IMG/VR virus record: IMGVR_UViG_3300031566_000014
Coordinates: 14,511-78,510 of that record
Reading direction: 5' to 3' (one strand)
DNA length: 64,000 bases
DNA from: a virus
The position numbers were made by a program, and so were the translations under genes. Under the pieces are notes generated by a model. That model did not search any database and was not told the DNA's origin. It saw nothing but the letters and a program-made list of their open reading frames with translations. Below, one piece after another: positions 58,162 through 64,000 of this stretch. The first letter of the stretch is position 1. The number at the start of each line of letters is the position of its first letter.

Positions 58162-58890
58162 CTCGCCTTGCCTTGCCGTAGCGATGCATGGTCATGCCGG
58201 GCCTTGCCTCTGCCGGGCCGTGCCTGTCTCCGCCTCGGCTCGGTTGCGCTCTGCCCAGCCATGCCACCGCCGGTCACCGCTGGCCAAGGCAGTGCCTCAG
58301 CGTCGGGCTGCTGCGCATCGCCGTCGCTGCGGTTGCCATGCGCTTCCGGTGCCATGCCTCCCGTGGCCTCGCTCCGCCCCCGCCAAGTAGTGCAGCGCAG
58401 TCCCGTGCTATCGCTCCGCCACGCCAAGCGACGCATCGCGCCGCCATGGCTCAGCTTGGCTCTCCACGCCCCCGCGGCGCTAGGAGCCGCATCGCCACGG
58501 CAATGCAAGGCACCGCCAAGCGCGGCCTGGCCTTGCCCCTGCCTTGGGTCGCATCACCTCGCCGTCTCTGTGCTTGGCATTGCCCCGCCGGGCCGTGCGG
58601 CGCCGTGCCGTCTCTGTGCTTTGCTTCGCGGCGACGGGCGTCCGTTGCCACTCACTGCCTCAGCATCGCGGTGCACTCCTCCGCTGCGCCGTTGCTAAGC
58701 GCCGAGCCGCGCAGCAGCGCCCCTGCGGCGCAAAGTGCGGCTCCGCGGGGCTGCGCCCCGCCGTTGCCGAGCGCCGCCGGACTCAGCGTGGTTCCGCAGC
58801 ACATCGCCATCGCCTCGTAGCGCAAGGTTGCGCGTGGCCTCGACTGGCGCAGCCATCGCGGCGCCCCGCAAGTCCGATCTGGGCACCGCC
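58158..58890 (-). ncRNA. NGC-NN pentamer-periodic array (candidate guide-RNA locus)
   Basis: Minus strand reads GGCGG TGCCC ... GGCAA GGCAA GGCGA GGCAG; ~140 units in ~23 blocks, each usually closed by a hexamer; no credible ORF. Confidence 0.8.
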
Positions 58891-58956
58891 CTAGCCTGTC
58901 ACCTCCTTGGCCTTCGCCAGAGTCACCTCGGCGGTGAAGGCTCCGTGGCCCGCATT
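58891..58956 (-). pseudogene. orphaned original 3' end of the RAMP gene
   Basis: Encodes NAGHGAFTAEVTLAKAKEVTG*, paralogous to NSGMGRF of the RAMP Gly loop. Confidence 0.75.
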
Positions 58957-58959
58957 CAC

Positions 58960-58988
58960 TTGACAGCATCCTTTCCCTGTGATAGAAT
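58960..58988 (+). promoter_or_regulatory. sigma70 promoter for HNH gene (likely leaderless mRNA)
   Basis: TTGACA-17-TAGAAT with TG extension; ATG 6 nt downstream, no RBS. Confidence 0.8.
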
Positions 58989-58994
58989 GACGGC

Positions 58995-59543
58995 ATGCAT
59001 TACCATCGCCGCGAGCCAAAGGTTCTTCGTACATGCGAACATTGCGGCAAGCGATTCATCGTACTCGCGAACCGCATCAGATACAAAGCGTGCAGATTTT
59101 GTAGCCATAGGTGCTACATAGCGTCCTTTGGTCCACGAAGCAAGCGAGTGATATGCCCAATGTGCGGCACAGAGTTTACTGTGCAGATGCATGTTGTGCG
59201 TAAGACTGTGTGGGGGCCATTCTGTTCTCGCCGGTGCTATGGCAAGTGGAGAAGCGCTCATGTGAAGGGCGATAACTGCTCCTGGTGGCGTGGCGGGAAG
59301 ACCGTGTACTACCAAGGGCATTGGAAACGACAACGCCAAGCCGCGAAACGGCGCGACAATTGGACGTGCCAGTCGTGCCATAGAACATTCGCGCCGCGTA
59401 GCCGCGGAATTGACGTCCACCATGTAATCCCCTACACCGTGGGCCAAGACCCGGAGATTGCGCACGCCCTCGACAACCTCATTTCGCTTTGTCGGCAGTG
59501 TCATAATGCACTGCACCGGGGGCAAGAACGCACTCGTGAATAA
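58995..59543 (+). CDS. HNH homing endonuclease with Zn-finger repeats
   Basis: CEHCG..FCSHRC, CPMCG..FCSRRC, WWRGG, RDNWTCQSC, DVHHVIP, NLISLCRQCHNALH; lower GC. Confidence 0.9.
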   Translation: MHYHRREPKVLRTCEHCGKRFIVLANRIRYKACRFCSHRCYIASFGPRSKRVICPMCGTEFTVQMHVVRKTVWGPFCSRRCYGKWRSAHVKGDNCSWWRGGKTVYYQGHWKRQRQAAKRRDNWTCQSCHRTFAPRSRGIDVHHVIPYTVGQDPEIAHALDNLISLCRQCHNALHRGQERTRE

Positions 59544-60261
59544 ATCTACCCATTCCGGAATTCCTCCACTGCCCCAACCCGCGAAGCTGTCCGTAGTCGA
59601 ACCACTCCTGCACCATCGGAAGCAGTTCCTTCCGCAGCAGCTTCACTTGGAACCGCAGCATGGTCCCAGCGGGCACGCTCTGCGAACGGGCCAGCGCCAC
59701 GCGCTCGCCCTGGGCCGTCTGCGCGCGAAGCGGGCGCTCGCAGTACCCGATCTCTGCGCCTTCCGGCAGTTCCAGCCGAATGCGGCGCGGCGTCACGAAG
59801 ATCAGGCCGTCGATCTCCTTCTTGTACGCCTTGAGCTTCTTGCTCTCCGTGCCGTCAGCCCGCCGCAGCATCCCGCAGGCGTCCTTGAAAAAGCCCTTCA
59901 CGGTGTAATCGTACACGAACGGGCAGCCGTCAGCATCCTGCATGAAGACGGTCGTGCCCAGGGCGATCTCCTCGTCCACGGGGATGGCCTCAGACTCGTC
60001 CTCGGCCTCGCCGTTGTCGGGCCGCTTCGACTCCACGAAGGTCTTGTACACCTCCTTGTCGCCGGGCGAGGTGCCCAACATCTGCTCCGTCAGCGTCAGG
60101 ATCACGTCCAGAGTAAGGAAGCCGTTGCGTTTCGCGGCTGCCGTCGCCAGCGCTTCCGATACGGGGGCGGCGCTGCCGCCGGCACCCGGAGTCACTACCT
60201 CGTGCTCCGCGTGCGCGCTCCGGGGCACCTGCCTGTGTTTCGCCATTCCCAATTCCGCCAT
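59479..60261 (-). CDS. solitary RAMP / Cas7-like RNA-binding protein
   Basis: AGGAG RBS; LTLTEQMLGT strand, YTVKGFFKDAC helix, ERPLRAQT..GER thumb, SVPAG, terminal Gly-rich loop GLGQWRNSGMGRF. Confidence 0.8.
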   Translation of the reverse strand: MAELGMAKHRQVPRSAHAEHEVVTPGAGGSAAPVSEALATAAAKRNGFLTLDVILTLTEQMLGTSPGDKEVYKTFVESKRPDNGEAEDESEAIPVDEEIALGTTVFMQDADGCPFVYDYTVKGFFKDACGMLRRADGTESKKLKAYKKEIDGLIFVTPRRIRLELPEGAEIGYCERPLRAQTAQGERVALARSQSVPAGTMLRFQVKLLRKELLPMVQEWFDYGQLRGLGQWRNSGMGRFIHECVLAPGAVHYDTADKAK

Positions 60262-60356
60262 GTCACGTCTCCTATGCAGCCTGGTCGTGTGTGTCGGCAA
60301 GCGGACGGCTGCTTCCCGCTTGCCTCTTGCGGGCGCGCCGCTCGGCGCGTTCCCTG

Positions 60357-60596
60357 TCAGCTTCTCCTCACGGAGTCCACGATGGCGTCGAGATGCGCGT
60401 CGGATAGGCGCGGCGGATGCTTCCGCGTTTCCTCGGCCTGGCGCGCGAGTTCGGCGGCGATGCGCTCCTGCCAGTCGGCGGGCTTGGCGGGGCCGGTGCC
60501 GCGCCACTTGGTCTTGCGCTCGCGCATCAGCTTGGCGCCCTCGCGGCGCGCCCGGCTCCGAGCGGCCTTGGCCCAGGGGCAGGGGCGGGGCTTCAT
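60357..60596 (-). CDS. small basic hypothetical protein
   Basis: Coupled ORF upstream of the RAMP gene. Confidence 0.5.
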   Translation of the reverse strand: MKPRPCPWAKAARSRARREGAKLMRERKTKWRGTGPAKPADWQERIAAELARQAEETRKHPPRLSDAHLDAIVDSVRRS

Positions 60597-60751
60597 TGCT
60601 CGTCCTCCTCATCCACGGGTTCGCACAGCACATCCTCCTCGGCGTCGAAGGCGTCGCACGGCTCCGCGCATGCGGGGATGTAGTCGTGCTCGCCATAGTG
60701 CGGGCAGCCGCCAGCTTCGCACGTCTCCCAGCGCGGGCATCTGACTCTCAT
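60593..60751 (-). CDS. small Cys/His-rich protein
   Basis: AGGAGG RBS; CPRWETC..CPH..H..C..C. Confidence 0.55.
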   Translation of the reverse strand: MRVRCPRWETCEAGGCPHYGEHDYIPACAEPCDAFDAEEDVLCEPVDEEDEQ

Positions 60752-61074
60752 GGCGCGTCCTCCTTTCCCTCCGCCTTCCGGCGAGACGTGCGGGCGGCCT
60801 TGGCGGCTCCCCAGGCTCTCCACCCGTCTGTGTCCATGGCCTTCCTGTGCTCTGGCGACGGCAACGCATCTCGATAGGCGTCAAGCGCGTTCGCGTGCTG
60901 CCACGTCATCGTCAGCGCCCGCTCGTAGGCGGCGAAGGCGAGCTTGACGGCGGGGTGAAGATAAGGCTTCCGCCAATCGCAGCACATGCTTGGGCACACC
61001 CACCAGGCGTCTCCTGTGTGGATATCGTCCACGAAGATGTAGACGTTCTTGTCACCGCACTTTGGGCACCTCAT
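60748..61074 (-). CDS. Zn-ribbon hypothetical protein
   Basis: MRCPKCG...CPSMCC; AGGAGG RBS. Confidence 0.6.
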   Translation of the reverse strand: MRCPKCGDKNVYIFVDDIHTGDAWWVCPSMCCDWRKPYLHPAVKLAFAAYERALTMTWQHANALDAYRDALPSPEHRKAMDTDGWRAWGAAKAARTSRRKAEGKEDAP

Positions 61075-61099
61075 GATGAGAGCCTCCTAATTCCTACGA

Positions 61100-61378
61100 T
61101 CATCGGCTCTCCTCCTTCTTTGGCAGCGCCGACACGCAATGCACGCGCGTCCCGTCGAGCCAGTAGACGGACCCCGTGGAACCCTTGACGCGGAAGCGAG
61201 GGAAGTACTCGTTGTTCTCCACGACGACCGCGAAGCGCATGTCGTCGCCGTGGAAGTAGGCGACTTCGGTGCCAGGCGGGAACGCCTTCTTGCACGCTGC
61301 CGCCTCGCGCTCCTGGGCGTCTCTGCGGGCGCAATAAGCCTTCTGGTAGACGGCCAGAGCATGCTGTTCTTGGGTCAT
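61100..61378 (-). CDS. hypothetical protein
   Basis: Start MTQEQ after AAGGAGG. Confidence 0.6.
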   Translation of the reverse strand: MTQEQHALAVYQKAYCARRDAQEREAAACKKAFPPGTEVAYFHGDDMRFAVVVENNEYFPRFRVKGSTGSVYWLDGTRVHCVSALPKKEESR

Positions 61379-61671
61379 CGGCTGTCCTCCTTCGGTTGCG
61401 CGGCCTCGCGCCGCGCCCTCATGAATGCGACTTCCTCCCTCTGTGTGTGCTCGACCGCCCCGGCCGCGAGCGCCTCGCCCCGCTTGCGTTCCGTGAGATC
61501 GTAGTGAGCCTTGTACGTCCCCCTCGCCTGACACCATGCCGAGCGCAGGCCAATGAGCAGGGCGAACCCGTCGAGCTCCCATGGCGTGTCGGCGTAGAGG
61601 TGGGCCGCGTGCCGCCAGCGCCAGTTCGCATTCGGACAGCAGGGGAACGGCGGGCCGACGTAGACTGCCAT
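61375..61671 (-). CDS. DUF4031 family protein
   Basis: MAVYV...HLYADT..EL..FA..IGL...W.Q...HYDLT..KR..A...GA. Confidence 0.85.
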   Translation of the reverse strand: MAVYVGPPFPCCPNANWRWRHAAHLYADTPWELDGFALLIGLRSAWCQARGTYKAHYDLTERKRGEALAAGAVEHTQREEVAFMRARREAAQPKEDSR

Positions 61672-61674
61672 CGG

Positions 61675-62358
61675 TCAACACTCCTTCGGTTCCTCGACCA
61701 CCTCGAAGCGACACCGCCAGAACCACTCGTTGGCGGCCAGAAGCTCCGCGACGGGCCGCTTGAGCACCGCCGCCAGCATCGTGTGGTAGCTGGCGAGCGC
61801 GGTGGCGCACGGTCGGAGTCGCAGGCCGTAGTTCACCCACATGTCCGAATGGGGCGGCTTCAACCGTTCCACCAACTCCTCGATGGCGTCCTGCTCCGTG
61901 CGGCACAGGAGCCTCTGAGGCTCGGCGCTGAGGCACAGGAGCCACTGCGTAGCCGCCCGCGAGGGCAGGCAGTAGGAGGAGCAGCGGCGCCATTGGATGT
62001 TGTACTGTGAGAGTTCGTCCAACGATGCGTGGTAGACCCAGCCCCCGGCACCTTGGAATCTCTTGGTGAACTCGTCCCAGCACCACTGCTTGTCGATGCT
62101 CCGCCAATGCGGCACCCCGACGTGGTAGACCTTGCCACGGCGGTAGCGGGGCTTATAGATGCGCGGGGAGTCCATTCTGCCGTCCGGCAGCCAGAACGCC
62201 CAGTGGTCCGGCTCATGGTTGTAGAGGTCGGCATACAGGCCGGGCAGATTGGCAGGCTGGTCCTTCATCTCCCGGCTCGTCTGCACGATGTCGCCAAGCT
62301 CGCGGGCGAGCACTAGCGGCGCCTTGGGCCATCCGAAGCCGATGCAGGGGGTCGTCAT
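61675..62358 (-). CDS. ASCH/PUA-like phage protein
   Basis: QTSR, PRY..G, LPSRAA, EPQRL...TEQDAIEE, NEWFWRCRFEVV. Confidence 0.6.
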   Translation of the reverse strand: MTTPCIGFGWPKAPLVLARELGDIVQTSREMKDQPANLPGLYADLYNHEPDHWAFWLPDGRMDSPRIYKPRYRRGKVYHVGVPHWRSIDKQWCWDEFTKRFQGAGGWVYHASLDELSQYNIQWRRCSSYCLPSRAATQWLLCLSAEPQRLLCRTEQDAIEELVERLKPPHSDMWVNYGLRLRPCATALASYHTMLAAVLKRPVAELLAANEWFWRCRFEVVEEPKEC

Positions 62359-62630
62359 TTCGTGGCCTCCTTGTCATTCCGCTCATTGAGCCGCCGCTGC
62401 GTGTCGAGCGCCTTGCGGCGTTCCGTTTCGAGTTGGGCCGTGTCGATTCCCAGGAACTCGTAGAGCAGGCCGTCGATCTGAGATTCCATGGCCATGCGCC
62501 AGTCTTGAGTTCCGCAGTCTTGCTCCAGGCACAGGACCGCCTTGCGGGCGCGGCAATAGTCCAGGAATCCCTTGATGCCAATGAACTGAGCGCGCTCCGC
62601 CGCCCACTTGTCAAGCATTTCTCGCCCCAT
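62355..62630 (-). CDS. hypothetical phage protein
   Basis: IDGLLYEFLGID..QLETERRKALD. Confidence 0.65.
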   Translation of the reverse strand: MGREMLDKWAAERAQFIGIKGFLDYCRARKAVLCLEQDCGTQDWRMAMESQIDGLLYEFLGIDTAQLETERRKALDTQRRLNERNDKEATK

Positions 62631-62648
62631 TTCGGCCCTTCCTTTCTT

Positions 62649-63317
62649 TCAGAACTCGCACTCGGCGCACAGGCCCTTGCCCCTGGCGTACAGCGCCTTT
62701 GACACGGCCTTCCCGCACTTGCAGCAGTGCAGCGGCTTTGGCGGCTCCCCGCCATCGTTCCCATCTGTCGCCAGGTGGTCGGCCCACGTGACCCACGCGC
62801 CGCACTCCTCGCACCAGACGACGTGCTCGCACAGGTCGTACTCGTTCGGATAGGTGTCGTCGCACGTCGGGCAGTAGATCCCCCGACCCTCCGAAGCGAT
62901 GCGGTCGTTGAAGGGGCTGAGCACGCCGGGCAGCAGTTGGAGCGGCTGGCGCAGCAACCGATAGCCCATGGCCCTCAGTTCCGCGGGCGAGAGCGCGGGG
63001 CCGTCGCACACGCCGCCGTTCGTCACGGGGAAGCCCGGCTCTACCCACAGGTACGACTTGGGCTGGCCCTTCAGTTGCCCGTGCACATAGGCGTAGCCCC
63101 CGCCGCCCGATTGCTCCAAGCACAGCAGCCCGAACTTCTTGGACCAGTTGCAGTCGTGTTCGTGGACATAGCCCTTGTCGTCGGCGGTGAACACAGAGAA
63201 GGGCTTGAGGCCGTCGTAAACGATCACCACGATGCGCTCCGGTTCCTTCTCGGCCCCATAGACGGGCGCGAACGGCAGACCATCGGTCTGCCACGGCTGG
63301 ACGGTCCACTTGTTCAT
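62649..63317 (-). CDS. multi-Zn-finger hypothetical protein
   Basis: CPTC, CEHVVWCEECG, CCKCG, CAEC. Confidence 0.65.
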   Translation of the reverse strand: MNKWTVQPWQTDGLPFAPVYGAEKEPERIVVIVYDGLKPFSVFTADDKGYVHEHDCNWSKKFGLLCLEQSGGGGYAYVHGQLKGQPKSYLWVEPGFPVTNGGVCDGPALSPAELRAMGYRLLRQPLQLLPGVLSPFNDRIASEGRGIYCPTCDDTYPNEYDLCEHVVWCEECGAWVTWADHLATDGNDGGEPPKPLHCCKCGKAVSKALYARGKGLCAECEF

Positions 63318-63778
63318 TGCGGGCCTCTCTTTCTTCGCTTCCTTCGCTTGGCCGCCTTGTCGTGGTCGGCGAAGGGCAGTTCCCAGTTCTCGATCACCTT
63401 GTTCCAGTTGATCGCCGCTTCCGACGCCTGCGCGTGCCCGGCCACGAATAGGCGCCGCACCGACTCTCTGACGTGCGGCAATAGCAAGACTTGAGGCCCG
63501 CGTTTCGGGCTGTCGGGGCCGTCTAATTCCTTGTCCCATCCCTGCTTGCGGCAGTACTCCGCTTCGCGCGGGTCTACCGCATCGCCCTTGCCGAACAGGA
63601 AGCAGATTGGCGGTGTCAGGAACATCCACTCCGTCACGGCGCATTCGAGGCAGTAGCCTTCTGGCGTTGCCGAGAGCCGCAGAAGCCGGGCCTTGGGATC
63701 CGGCCCGCCGCCTACCCGCAGCGGAACGCCGCAACGCGAACACGAGCCGACGAGTCCAAGCGATTGCTGTTCGTTCAC
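63314..63778 (-). CDS. Zn-finger hypothetical protein
   Basis: CSRCG...CLEC; INWNKVIENWELPF. Confidence 0.6.
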   Translation of the reverse strand: MNEQQSLGLVGSCSRCGVPLRVGGGPDPKARLLRLSATPEGYCLECAVTEWMFLTPPICFLFGKGDAVDPREAEYCRKQGWDKELDGPDSPKRGPQVLLLPHVRESVRRLFVAGHAQASEAAINWNKVIENWELPFADHDKAAKRRKRRKRGPQ

Positions 63779-64000
63779 TGGGGCCGCTCCCTTCTCCTGT
63801 TGCGGCTGCCCACCGCCGCGTCGAGCGCGAGGTAGAGCAAGTCCCACGGGCCGCGCGTCTTGCGGCGGAAGCTCGCCACCGTCGAGTGCTTCCACGCCTC
63901 AGAGGGGCGCCCCCATTTCGAGAACGTCGCTTCGTAGGCGCCGACCGTGCCCTGCTCGGACACGCCCTTGAGGCTGATCGTCGCCGTGCCCATGTGGCGG
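63775..64000 (-). CDS. hypothetical protein (probably 5'-truncated by window edge)
   Basis: WDLLYLALDAAVG.RN motif. Confidence 0.55.
   Translation of the reverse strand, partial: RHMGTATISLKGVSEQGTVGAYEATFSKWGRPSEAWKHSTVASFRRKTRGPWDLLYLALDAAVGSRNRRRERPQ

Noticed and set aside
58158-58890. Canonical CRISPR array next to the Cas7-like gene
   Set aside because: No identical 25-45 bp direct repeats separated by spacers were found here or elsewhere in the window.
58140-58996. Several overlapping 60-210 aa ORFs on both strands over the pentamer array
   Set aside because: Arg/Ala/Pro-rich, no clear RBS or codon bias; 5-nt periodicity with +1 slips is incompatible with codon structure, so these are by-products of a GC-rich repeat.
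58957-59560. Group I intron interrupting the RAMP gene
   Set aside because: The HNH is antisense with its own promoter, the insert is almost entirely HNH coding sequence with no room for a ribozyme core, and the RAMP ORF is already completed by a replacement end.
60262-60696. N-terminal 145 aa of the 405-aa ORF call
   Set aside because: Overlaps other credible small genes; a good AGGAG RBS supports the start at 60261.

Overview
This window is most of a high-GC, podovirus-like tailed phage genome. No host genes, integrase, polymerase or primase are recognisable. 1-10.3 kb and 60.3-64 kb hold leftward clusters of small early/accessory genes, including an AAA+ ATPase, DUF4031, an ASCH-like protein and an ABA-sandwich protein. 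10.7-15.3 kb holds rightward small genes, two CAT-anticodon tRNAs and several repeat families. 15.3-26.8 kb is terminase, portal, scaffold, major capsid, adaptor and nozzle. 26.8-46.6 kb is a large glycosyltransferase/methyltransferase/radical-SAM block plus lysis-like membrane genes, signal-peptide-bearing fibre/LamG genes and a Ser-Gly-aromatic repeat protein. 47.6-58.1 kb encodes putative ejection proteins, including a 2525-aa polyvalent protein. The standout is at 58.1-60.3 kb: a solitary RAMP/Cas7-like gene with no CRISPR array. It is paired with a ~730-nt non-coding array of NGC-NN pentamers, punctuated by hexamers into ~23 blocks, which suggests an RNA-guided system with a non-contiguous code. 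An HNH endonuclease gene appears to have inserted into the RAMP gene's Gly-rich loop, leaving the original 3' end as an orphan abutting the array. The tail nozzle gene also appears split by the ~16-kb glycosylation/fibre block. All family assignments come from motif recognition by eye; no searches were run.
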